Translations under genes and position numbers: made by a program
Notes under the pieces: generated by a model
Databases searched by the model: none
Told to the model about the DNA's origin: nothing
What the model saw: only the letters and a program-made list of their open reading frames with translations
In this document: piece by piece, positions 10,920 through 22,500 of the stretch
Layout of the letters: every line of letters starts with the position of its first letter
Numbering within the stretch: the stretch's first letter is position 1
NCBI GenBank assembly: GCA_000092065.1
Contig: CP000592.1
Strand: one strand, 5' to 3'
DNA: 64,000 bases
Source: Ostreococcus lucimarinus
Taxonomy: Eukaryota

Positions 10920-12452
10920 ATGACGCAACGACCGGCGGATGCGGCGGCGTCGTCGTTCGGCGCGCGACTGCGACGCGCGGGCGTGAAAACGCTGCGGTTG
11001 CGCGTCAGCGGCGAGCGGGCGAAGCGTGGACTCGAGTCCGATAACGAGAGCGACTCGGACGACGACGCGGGAGCGCGGGATGGACCGTTCGTGATGCGGT
11101 GCGGGGCGGTCGGCGCGCGGGGCGTCGAGCGAGCGACGACGTTCGAGGCGTGGCGGCCGAGACGTGGGATGGATCGCGAGGAACTCGCGGAGAAGTACGG
11201 AGACGGAGGCTTGAAGAGGCACCGCGGGATGCACGGGGGGCTGGAGGAGGCGTTTCGGGGGAATAATATCGTCGTGCGAGGGACGCTCGACGGGGTGGAG
11301 TACGTGGGGAAGAATTTTACGCACGCGGCGAGCGGCATTGGGAGAGCGTACGAGCGCGAACGGGGGTACGACGGGAAGATGATGTTGGGGAGGCTGAAGA
11401 AAGCGTCGGGTGAGGATGATGGGGCGTACGAGTTGGAGTTGATGCCGATCGCTGGCGGGCGAGTGATTGACTTGGAGACGCGCTTGCGCAAGTACAATTA
11501 CACGGAGCACTCCAAGAGCGATTTGGCGGATATCAACGATCCGGCGGTTCGCGCGGAGATCAACGCGAAACAACTCGAAGCGTTCGCGTCGGACAAGCGC
11601 AAGCGCCAAGTGAATAGGCTGAACGCGGCGAGAAAATTGGACGAAGCTTCCATTGCGTCGCCGAAGCTCATGCAGGCGCACATCGCCGAGGGAGCGGCGA
11701 CGCTGAAGAGTCGCGCCGAACTCATCCTCGAGGCTGGGAAAACGCGGAATATTCCGCCTCACGAACCAAACGCGTTGAATTTGGACGAGGCGTACCCGAT
11801 TGCCTCCATGCCGTGCCATGCGTTGCTTCATAAGCTTCGGTCGAAGGATCTTTTGGAAAACGCCGACGGCGCTACCGATTCGGGCGAAGTCACGTTTGAG
11901 CCGCTCACGCTGGCTTTGGCGTCGTTGTGCCTCAAAACGGGCACAAAGCCCGAACTCAACAAACGCGCGCAGCTCATTATGTACGCCGACGCGCTGTGCA
12001 AGTTACTTGCGCGCGAACGAATCAAAGAAGCCAAGCCAAAGGCGACAGAGGACGCCGAGACGCCGACCGAGCCCTCGCATCGGTTCACGTTCACCAGCGC
12101 CGAAAACGTCGATCCGTTGCTTCAGGAGGCACTCATACATAGTTATATGGACGAAGACGTGGCGAGCGACGTTCGACAGTACGTCATGTCCAAACACAGA
12201 AGAGATCTCGTACGACTGCAAGTCATTCTCATCGCGCTTCGCCTTTGCCAGTGGACGCTGGAGATTGAGCTCGTGCGCCCGCACTTGAAAGTGGACTCGA
12301 AAGAGATGATGGCGTACACGCGCGAACTCGGGTGCAAATCCGTCAAGGGTGGGAAGAATCCTGTCGTGAAACTCGATCTCAACGGCAGAGCGTTGTCGAG
12401 CGTGCTTCCGGAGATTCGAGCGCGAGGGAAACGAGCGAAACCAAAAGAATGA
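10920..12452 (+). CDS. RNA polymerase I subunit A49 (RPA49/PAF53-like).
   Basis: The block KTRNIPPHEPNALNLDEAYPIASMP matches the conserved A49 segment RPTPLANIDATDVEQIYPIESIIP of yeast Rpa49. Size and layout fit (N-terminal dimerisation region plus C-terminal winged-helix region). The track start at 10917 is GTG and the ATG is at 10920. Confidence 0.55.
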   Translation: MTQRPADAAASSFGARLRRAGVKTLRLRVSGERAKRGLESDNESDSDDDAGARDGPFVMRCGAVGARGVERATTFEAWRPRRGMDREELAEKYGDGGLKRHRGMHGGLEEAFRGNNIVVRGTLDGVEYVGKNFTHAASGIGRAYERERGYDGKMMLGRLKKASGEDDGAYELELMPIAGGRVIDLETRLRKYNYTEHSKSDLADINDPAVRAEINAKQLEAFASDKRKRQVNRLNAARKLDEASIASPKLMQAHIAEGAATLKSRAELILEAGKTRNIPPHEPNALNLDEAYPIASMPCHALLHKLRSKDLLENADGATDSGEVTFEPLTLALASLCLKTGTKPELNKRAQLIMYADALCKLLARERIKEAKPKATEDAETPTEPSHRFTFTSAENVDPLLQEALIHSYMDEDVASDVRQYVMSKHRRDLVRLQVILIALRLCQWTLEIELVRPHLKVDSKEMMAYTRELGCKSVKGGKNPVVKLDLNGRALSSVLPEIRARGKRAKPKE

Positions 12453-12526
12453 ATAGCCTAAACCGACGTAAATTTTTAGCAAAGTTTCTACATTACACAA
12501 CACGACGATACTCTCGTAACGACGCG

Positions 12527-13060
12527 TCATCGCATCATTTTCCGCCGCCGCCCCTCGAGCGAGCACCCCGGCGACGCGTCCGACTCGTCGCACTCCAACT
12601 TGCTCCACCGCCCGTCCACCTTCGCGCAATCAAACCACGCTTTGCCCAGCGACGCGTTCACCTCGTTGTGCACCGCGCACATCCATCGCTGCAAAGCCAA
12701 CCCCGAGGAGCAATCGGGCGGATTCACGCGCACAATCTCCGCGAAATGCGCCGCGCACTCGCCGCACGGGTACGCTCGCGTGAGAATCATAATCAACTCC
12801 CGCGCGTCTCGCTCCTGCCGCCGCGTCGGTTCATCCGGGTACTGCGCCGCGAACGTGTGTAAAAACGTCCACGTCGCGCGTCCGAGGTCCTCCTTCGTCG
12901 TCTTCGTCGTCGACGTCGACGCATCGTCGTCGTCTTTCGCGTCGTTGAATTTCTTCGTCATCGACGCGAGCCAGCGCTGCGGCATCGCGCGCGCGCGCGT
13001 TCGCGCCGTCGTCCAGCGCCACGCGCGTTCGCGCTCGCGCGTTCCATCGCGCGACGCCAT
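12527..13060 (-). CDS. FAD-linked sulfhydryl oxidase, Erv1/ALR family.
   Basis: LGRATWTFLHTFAAQYPDEPT...YPCGECAAHF is the Erv1/ALR signature (W..LH..A..YP and the CxxC next to FAD). Confidence 0.8.
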   Translation of the reverse strand: MASRDGTRERERAWRWTTARTRARAMPQRWLASMTKKFNDAKDDDDASTSTTKTTKEDLGRATWTFLHTFAAQYPDEPTRRQERDARELIMILTRAYPCGECAAHFAEIVRVNPPDCSSGLALQRWMCAVHNEVNASLGKAWFDCAKVDGRWSKLECDESDASPGCSLEGRRRKMMR

Positions 13061-13320
13061 CCCGCGTCGTCGTGTGCGCGTCGGCGCGTCGCGAACGCGC
13101 TCGACGCGCGCGCGCGCAAACCGGGCACTCCCGGGCAGCGCGTTCGCCGCGTCGCCGTCGCCGCGTCGCGCGCCTCGATCGTCGCGCGCCTCGATCGTCG
13201 CGCGTCTCGACGTGTCTCTCTCGCGCGCGCGGTCGAGCGACGCGCGCGACGCGCGAGGCGCGCGCGAGGCGCGACAACGCGACGCGTCTCTGGGACAGTT
13301 TCGACGAAGATGCGTTCGCG

Positions 13321-13431
13321 ATGAACGACGACGACGCGGCGATTCGAGGGTATCTCGCGCGTCTGCGCGACGTCGAGGGCGAGGGCGACGCCAGCGCGGT
13401 GGACGCGCAGGGCGTGCTCGTGGAACTCAAG
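13321..13431 (+). CDS. PRKDC: DNA-dependent protein kinase catalytic subunit (DNA-PKcs), proposed exon 1 (37 codons). The intron is 13432-13511, GTGCGG..TAG, 80 bp.
   Basis: The big ORF starts at GTG 13542 with no ATG nearby. An upstream ATG exon (MNDDDAAIRGYLARLRDVEGEGDASAVDAQGVLVELK) ends at a phase-0 GT donor. A phase-0 AG acceptor at 13511 joins it in frame. The joined N-terminus aligns with the human DNA-PKcs N-terminus (…LLRLQETL…ECVL…FSRDFGLLVFVRKSL vs …LARLRDV…ERCES…FDRRAGVVAFVEATD). Confidence 0.5.
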
Positions 13432-13461
13432 GTGCGGCGACGACGACGACGACGACAGAAG

Positions 13462-13488
13462 GATGATGATTTGATTTGATTTGATTTG
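13462..13488. repeat. (GATTT)4 microsatellite preceded by (GAT)3. It lies in the proposed first intron / 5' region of DNA-PKcs.
   Basis: Direct reading: ggatgatgatttgatttgatttgatttgg. Confidence 0.9.
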
Positions 13489-13511
13489 GAAACTGACGAA
13501 CGGTGACGTAG

Positions 13512-16500
13512 GAACGATGCGAATCGATCGCGAAGGAAGACGTGGCGCGTCTGGGGATCCCGGGTGCGGTGTTCGATCGGCGCGCGGGCGTGGTGGCGTT
13601 CGTGGAGGCGACGGATGGACGACGAGGGAACGCGTTCGCGACGGCGCGAGCCAAGGCGTTGGACTTGACGGGAGAGCTCGCGACGAGGATGGAGGGAATG
13701 GACGGCGATGATGGTGGGTTGGGATCGCGAGCCAGGGATGGGTTTGAAGTGATCATGATGACGTTTCGTAAGGAGACGTCGATGAGCGTGCGCTCGGGGG
13801 CGTTGAAGACGCTGTTGACGTTGGCGAGACGATACGCGGGCGAGATTGGACGAGGGACGATGCAGGCGTACGGACGGGCTTTGCGCAGAGATTTCGAGAG
13901 TTACACGAAAAATAGCAAGACGGTGAAAGGTTTGATATTGCGAGTCATCGGCGGTATGCACGAAGGGTTGCGACGCGAGGGTTTGACGCTCGTGACGGCG
14001 GAGGAAGCCATGGAGGACTCGAGTGCGCCGACGGCGAAGTGGTTGATGACGGCGTCGTGTCGCATTTTAGATGCCGCGCTGGACGATGAAGAAGACGTAA
14101 AGAAGGAGATTGTGCTCATGGCGAGCGCGTTATATGCGATTACGGCGTCCTTATCCGCGCGCGTCGCCGAAGAAGGTGCGGACAAGGCGAATTTTGCGCG
14201 CATTGTTCGCATCGTCGAGCACGCGGTGTCGTTGCGAGAGACTGGAACTCGAACAGACATGTCCAAGGCAGCGCTTGACTTAATCACCACGCACGCGCAC
14301 GCGTTGAGACACGAACTGGTGAAAATCTCTTCCAAGATGTTCGAGCTCCTGTTGAATTTGCGCACGCACAACAACAAGGAACTGGCTCGCTGTGCGGCAG
14401 CAGCGTACGAAGAGTTTTTACCTGCCATGCGTGACGCGTTCGTGTGCGATACGTTTTCTTCATCACGGGATTCCCGCGCAAAATTACTGGATGATATTTT
14501 AAAAGTCATCATGCGGATGCTAGACGACGAGAAAACGTCACAACGTGATAAGACGGCGTGCGTTCACGCATTGGGGAAATTCGCCGCGCCGGCGATGGAG
14601 TTGCTCTCCGACGACTACGCAGAGGTGAATACATACATGGAACGACTCGGCAAGCTCACGATGTACATCAAATTTCAGCAAGGAGAAAATGAGTTTCAAG
14701 AAAGATTCGAAAGCATTGAGCGTCAGGTGGCATTACTATCGGCTTTTAGCGACGTATTGCGATCTTCAAACGTTATGATTGACGAGGCGCTTCTAGAGAC
14801 TTTCGCTGGTTTGGTTGTTTGGATTTGGGAGCAGTACGCTTTCGAACTCGAGAGACGTAAACCTCAAATTCGTAACGCGTTGCTGAATTTGTTTGTCGTT
14901 CTCGCTTCCAAAGGTTGCGCTCTTCAGACACTCTTGACGCGCATCGGCTCTCAGCTTTTGTTCTTGACGCTCCGATTTTCTGAGCCGGACCCAATCGACA
15001 AAGTGCTGTGCAAAAACGATCCGGTACCGATGTGGCCTCGTTACGTCGATCTTTGGACGGCTCTCATCGGCGGCGGCAATGAATGCGCCGCAGGCGTTTA
15101 CGGTTGTTTCGTAAACGAGCTCCTCAACTTTTGCACTACGCTCGATCTTGGCATTGTGACGCCTACCGGAGAGGATTCGAATAGCGAACGAAACGCACGA
15201 ACCGATACTTCTACTAGCGATGATTTAGACACAACTTCAGTGGCGGTGAGCTTAGGCGACGACGCAAGCGCATCTAATCCGGGTGATATGTGCACCTTCT
15301 TACAGCTCGTAGAGTTCGCACAGCGAGTCATTGAGGAGTCCCCTGCAGACGCATTACTGCCTTGGGTGAACCATATCAGCACGAAATTAATGGCGATGGC
15401 TAATCGAAACAGCTCGATTTCTGCCTTTTACAAACTCATTGGAACGATCGTCAATGCCGCTGATCGCAGTGGATACTTTGGCAGACGAGATTCAGCCGAA
15501 GTGGAGCAAGTCGTCGCGCTGTTTCGAGAATTCTTACGAGATGTTTTGCAAGACACAAGACGATTCTCCGGCGAGCTGCTCGCGTCTGTGTTACAATTAC
15601 TATTGACACTCCCTTCGGTAATACTTCCGATTGAAAATTTGATAGCACCACTGTTGCGAGCCCTTGAACTTGGTCTACAACATCCTCCGGTGACGACAAT
15701 CGCTTTGAACACCCTCGAGCGCTGGCTCGATGGTAAGCATCTAGATGAGACTTCTCCGCACTTAGTACAGATAGCTAAACGCCTTAGTGCGTACTTGGAC
15801 AGCGCATCGAGTTCGAATGCGTTCTTTGGCGAAGTATACGAAAGCGAGGGTCGCGACAGGAAGAAAAAGCAGGCGAGCAAGGAGCAAGACGAAATGAGGC
15901 TCAAACGCGCGACTTTCATTCGGATCGTTAAAATTTTGGGCTCGATGGGTGGCGCAGCACACGGTTTATTGTCTGCAAAATCAAACAGTGAGCTCGACTC
16001 GCCGTGGGATTCTGACTCGAAGCTGTCGATGCCCATCGGTTTGGTTCGATCGTCTACAAAGTTATGGCTCGATAAATTACTTCCTCGCACTTCTCATTTG
16101 GCTATGTCTTCTCAAGATAGAGCGACAAAAATTGCTGCGTGCGAGGCACTTTATGGTTCAACTGTCTTTTTGATTGGCAGAAGCGCGCAAGGTCCGACGG
16201 CGTCGGCGGGCGATTTCACTCGCAGCGCATCTCAGTACCGCTCAATTTTCGAGAAACTTTTCCCAATAATTTTCGAATTGTCTGTCGATGCTGATGCAAT
16301 CTCCAGAAAGCTCTTCAGCGACCTTAGCTTCCAAATGACCAGATGGTATGCGAAGAGCCAAGCTCGTGAGTTGGACGTGACACTGTGTTTGTTTGACGCC
16401 TTAATCGAGGGACTGTCAAACACTTCAAAAGCCGGTGCCGTTCGTGATCTTTGCGCCTCACTAGTCGCAGAGTTGTTAGAGTGGAGTATAAAATATGTGC

Positions 16501-19500
16501 GAGATACGAAAGCGTTCGAAGGTACGGTAAATCACAGGTACATTCTGCGCACCTTGTTCGGATTGATGGGACACACGGGCTCAGCGCACAGATTGGGTGC
16601 GGTCACGGCGCTAAGAAAGTGTCTCAAGCATGTGACGAAGCATCGAAACTTGCTCGATGAATACGTTCTGGAAATACTTAACGTTACATTCAAAAGTATT
16701 GAAAGGTCGGGTGAACATTCTTTGACTGTTGGAGTTTCCACGAGAGGCGCTGATGTTGCTATGGCTATCGTTGTTCGCGAGATCCTACGCGCTATCCAGA
16801 CTCATGCGAAATGGCTCCTGCATTCACCGGGATCAACAGTGTCGAAATGTACTGACTCATTCATGCGAAGTCTACTCGAGCTCACCGCTAGCGGTGATGA
16901 TTTCTTGAGACGCGAGGCACAGCAGGCTTTTGCCACCATCGCGCCGCTGGCGCTTTCTGACGTCCGACGGTGGCTGCAAGGCAACTTGCATGTGATTTCG
17001 TCTTGCGTCGATGCTTCAGTTCCCGAAATGAAGGCGCTTGAGAATGGGAGCAAACGGCTGCTTAATAGATTTATCGCCGTCGTGCAGTGGTCAAGTTGGA
17101 CTATGTCCATGCATTTCACTGATTTGGAATTTTTCACCGCCTCGAGAACGACGCACTTTCATGCTGTCGGTCAATATTTAGATAGCATTTCTGGTAGACT
17201 CGAAAGTTCTTTCGTTCTAGAACAAGATACACCAGCCAATCAGACTGGTCATTTAGCTCGCGAAATTCTGGTTCTCTTTGATAGTATTTTGAACTCGCCG
17301 TGGAGTGGTGGCGATAAGGAAGCGCTCTTGGCGCTCTCCTTACCGCAAGAAAATGGAAACAGACGCGTGATCAAGCTGATATCGTCATCCATCTTCTACT
17401 CGCAAAACATTGCCAATGACGCTGATTCTAGTCGCAAATACCTTATGCCCGCTGCGGCACAGCTTCTGAGAACGCTTACAAAGGATCACGGTTCGAGCAA
17501 AGTTGCGCGACTAGGGGAAGAAGCATTTGCGTGTCTCAGAGGACTGATTGCGCTACCAAAGTTTGATCTCGGTGCGATCAATTTGGAGAACGCACAAGGT
17601 TGCATAGCCGCACAACGACTCGCCGACGGATATCGCGAGCTCGCGAATGTGCTCGTGCTACGCAGAATTCTACCACAGGAAGGTGAATCATCGGCAAAGA
17701 ATCTGACTCGTCGCGCGGCGACAGTCGTGCGTAATTTGTTCCACGCAAATCCTCCTCAGCGTGTGGTCGGCCAAGTCGTGATGCAGCTTTGTCTGCATCT
17801 TAACATAGCCCCTAGTGCTCTTCTTGACCTTCTTCTTGACAGGGTCCAAGATTCAGATGCGAAACTCGGTGAGACATTCTATCGCAATTACCGAGAACCC
17901 ATTCTGCGCGCATGCAAATATTCATTCGACGATTATGCCGGTGACTTGTTCAAAGTCGCTGGGGCGGACGTTCAATCACCCAGTGGTGCCGTCGTCACCG
18001 ACGTCATCGTCAGTGTGATTGAGCTCTCAATCCCAAAGGAAAACGCGACGCAAACTCGAAGTTTGGATGGAGGACGTGTACTGGCCACTCTGAAAAAGAA
18101 CATGTCGCATTTGTGTCATCTGTATGAGGATCACGAAGACGCCTCTGCCGTCGTGAAAAATACCTGTCATCAACGATTTTTGGCAATTCTTCGCGCAGCG
18201 GTGAAGCTAAATCGAGCGCTTGGATCGAGCCACGACTCGATTGCATCGGAGGACAGTTACACGAGTTTCTTAACTGTTATGGCTGGCTTGATGCGATGCG
18301 TGCGATGCGACTGCATCTCTCTGAGTTCGCAAGTTGATGCCGTCATGATCACCGCTGAGATTTTGGAGGGAATTAACATATCAAAATCATCTCGCGATGC
18401 GCTGGAAAAGAGTTTGAGTGATTCGTTGAAAAATATGGTCGTTCAAGAGCGATGTGATTCAACCACGTTCAAGAAACGTTTTCCATCAACAGTGAAAGCC
18501 TTCAAACAAGCGTTTTCCAAATACCAAGCACCATCGCTGATTGCTGCGCTTCTTCCGTTTTACGATGATTCAGATTCAAAGTCGGTCTTACTGGAAGAAG
18601 ATGTCACGGAAATACGATGGAATGCCGCTGTAGCGCAACAGATATGGCTCATTGCAGAGGATGAACATGTGGCAGTTGAGTCTCGCGCACTCGCCGTGTG
18701 TCGCATTCTTCCAAAACTTTTGTCGTCGAGCGACCCCACACAAGTCTTGGCGTTTTTCACGGATAATGCAAAAGCGATCGCGCAGGATATCGGCGGCGGT
18801 AAAACTGATATCCTATCGCGATTAAGGACTTTCGGTGTCTTGTCTGCGATGTACTCAAAGTGCACGAAGCAAGAAGTGATGGATGGACCTTGCGTGCAAG
18901 TTCCAAAACTGAATGCCCTCGTTTCAAAAGCTGTAATCAGCGAACTCAGTGGACACGGAACGGCAAGTAAATCGCTCTTAGGTCAAGAGAGTATCGCGTT
19001 GCACGCGACAAAAATGGCCTTTTCTGTCTTTGCGTCGCTGCTCACCTGCACACAGACAGATGTCAAGTTTTACGCCAAGTTATTTGAGAACGTTGCGTCA
19101 TGGAATAATCTGGTCGACCGGACAAAACGCGTGAAACTTGAGGCGACAATGGAAGTGAAACGAGCTCAACGAAACTTGAAAGCTGACGTGAGTACTACAC
19201 GGCTCAAATCGTTCACTTTGTCTTCAAATCTTGCGGCGATGTACTCCCTGAAACCGTCTGATACTGCCGAGAATGATAATCTCGCCGCCGACGAAGATAT
19301 TGCGCAACAAGACAACCATTCAAAAGGTACCCCGCGAGATGAACTCGAGGCTCACCCGGTGTCTGATGGCGTCTTTAAGATGCTAAAGCTCGTCGTAATG
19401 CGCGGTTTGACGGGCGATGCAAGTGGCTTGCGACCGGAGATGCAACTTTTGGAAATGGTTTCGTGTCTGCTGTACTCTCCCGCGGTTTTGGCTTCGGTCA

Positions 19501-22500
19501 AACTTCTCGTCGTCAAGGCGTTACTTAGATTAAACGATGATCTCACATCTGAGTCCAGTGGCGATGTCGGCATGACTGTTTTGATTACACAGCCATCGTT
19601 CCTGGCCGCGCACTCGGACCTTATGATTGCACTTCTCTCCGCGATGATTGAAATCACGAAGGAATCTGATGCCGCGTACGTGTCAACACCTTTGCGAAAA
19701 ACTATGAACATCGCGTTGGAGTGCGACAACTTGTGGTCTTCGAACTTTGAGGAAGCAAAAACGAGCATATTTGAGGCCACCGAGCTCGTCATCAAGAGTG
19801 GGTACTCGAGGAATGAAGACATCTTCAGAGAGAATCTCAAACTCTGCAGCAAGTTGTTCTCGCGTTTGCGTGACACCGCGCGAATGACAAGTACACCTAC
19901 GTCGCATTGCTTCCAAAGTTCGATGTATCAATTGCAACGACATCTTGAGTGCAAGCCAAAAGACCCCAGAAACACGAGTCTGGTGAAAGTATGTGCGCTT
20001 CGGAAGAAATTCGCTATTAAACTCATCGAGATATTAATCAACGCTGAAGCACCAGTATTGTGCGTTCGCGATACGAGTGTTTTCATCACGACTGCTCAGG
20101 GGAAGAAAATTGACGAAGAAATACCGTCACCTCTTTTGAATATTTTGTTGCGTTTTATCGATAAAGACGTTCGTAAGGGGTTGACAACGCTTGCTGCGTC
20201 GTTACTTGGTAGAATCATGAAAATCGATGGCGGTGTCGCTCAATGGCACAAATCCTTGCAAAAACAGTTAAAAGGTGTGAGTGACGACCTCTTACTGAAC
20301 ACGCTTGATCAAATCACGATAAGTTGTCCATCATTTGTGCACGATGCTGGATTCGCACCATCGATACAGTCACGTCTTGATACATTCTGGGGCGAACCGC
20401 GGTGCGTGGCGCTGCTGATTTTGACGAGAGATCACAGACCAGAACGGGTACAGTGGACATACGACCGACTATTGCCGTTCGTTGGTTCTCTATTGAAGCA
20501 GCGGGATTGCGAAGTCATGATTATACTTTTCGAAGCGCTCACGCGCGGCGCTCAGGCAATCACACGAACTCAGAGAGACGCAAATCATATCGAGCTATGG
20601 AAGAATGCTCTCGTTGAAGCAGACAATGCGGTGTCGATGGAAAGTGCTGTCAAAGTTCGCGAATCGCATACAAACTTGTGCATTGCCATTGCGGAGACGT
20701 ACCCTAAACTCATCAACGAATCGTCGTTGCAAGGTCCACTTTTACGAGCACTCGCCGATCCCGTGAGCTTGACTTGTCGACAAACGGCTTTACAATTTTG
20801 GAACAAGCGACTGCAATTCGATAACTTGGTCACGCGTCTTCACGACACCCTCCAATTGATTCCTCACGCGAAAGTAGAGAGTTTATGGCTCGCTGCAGCG
20901 TGCAGACTCTTATTTGCGGTACAAGAGATGAATCCGGCGTCAAGGGCTCCTTTGATTGACAACGACCTATCGGAGTGCGTGTTCACTTCGGTGAAGCTGG
21001 ATTCGTTGCGCCGCCGTGGAGCGTCTCAAACCATGGCTCCTTTGTTTTCAACTCAAGCGCAAGACCCGGACGCGGATGAGAAGCGAAGTGTCGTGCTCTC
21101 GACAATATTGGCAAACTTCAAACAACCTGCACGTGGTGACCCAACGATTGCGACCTCGCTTCCGTACGAGCTAGCGAATTTATTACAGTCGCAAGAGCAC
21201 GTCAAAGACTTTGGTGCGTTCCATGAGATTGCGCAAAATCTTGACATTGGAGCCAACAAAAAGAAGATCGACGATTTTCTGGTCGAAGAGATGAAAAACA
21301 GCGTCAAGCTGACTCGATCTTACAGGACAGGTGACTTACCTGACGTGAAAATATCGTGCCACGAATTGATTACGCCTTTCCTCCTCTGCGCTGAACGCGA
21401 TTCGGCAGTCGCATGCACGCTTCTCCGAGAGCTCGCGAATTCAGCACAGCATGAGTTTGCATTCATTCTAAAAGACCAAAATGATGCACGTCCAGCAAAG
21501 GAAGCGATGGCGATCGTGGCACAACCGCTGAAAGATTTCGTCGGAAGCATTGAAGGCAGGGATGCGTCGCTCGTTCGATTCATCCTTTCCTTGTGTGAAG
21601 TCATCCCACAAGCCGCGGAAATTCCTGTCGACCACGTCGTTCGACTCGCGACACGCGGTAGAAGTTTATCGAGTGGTGTCATCGCGATGGAGTCGATGAT
21701 CACGTCTGGTGATCAGTCACCGCAGACTTGGGAAGCTTTGGCTAAACTATACAGATCGCTGGGTTACGACGACGCCGCTTTGCTGTCGTTTGTGAACGCG
21801 TTTCCTCACCAGGAGGAGACGATGTGTGCGATTCGACAAGAGATGGCTGGCAATGTGCGAGATGCCGTGCAAGCGTACAAACACTTATTGAGTGCTGAAA
21901 TTGATCGATCTCCGCGAGAGAGCGAGTTTTTGAAACATGAATTTTTTCGCTGCGCCGAGCGGCTCGGAGAATGGGATGAAATCGGAAAACATCTCGAGGA
22001 CGTGCGAACTGGCGAGTTTAAAATCGAAGACTTGTCTTGCATTCCTGGAGAAGCTTCGGGTGGATCTAGTATTTGCACAGCATTTAGAGTCGCTCTTCGT
22101 CAACCTTTGGAAGACTGGTCGCCATTCTTGACCAAAGTTCTTCTGCAGGAGGACTCTACTCGCAAGTTGAAGCATCTCGGTGTAGAGATTGCGATGAACG
22201 CGCTGCTATCTGACAGTGCCGGCGACGATACTCGTGAGGTGCATGATGTATTGCAGCAAGTTTACCAAAGCTTCATAGACTCATGGAGCACGACCTGTAG
22301 TGCGTCCGTTGCCATTCGTCGGAAACTGCTGCAGGCCTTACAACCAGCCGTCGAGATCGACGAAACATTGCGCACGATTGACGAACTGAAGACAGGACTT
22401 CGCAAGCTGAAGAATATGGACATCAAGAAAGCGGAATCTATCGTCAATCAACTCGAAAGCAAATGGCAAACACGATGGCCTTCGGCTGCGTACGATGCGT

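Noticed and set aside
13072-13320. Extending DNA-PKcs exon 1 upstream to ATG 13072.
   Set aside because: That stretch is pure Arg-rich low-complexity sequence overlapping the divergent Erv1 promoter and 5' end. The similarity to the DNA-PKcs N-terminus begins only near ATG 13321.
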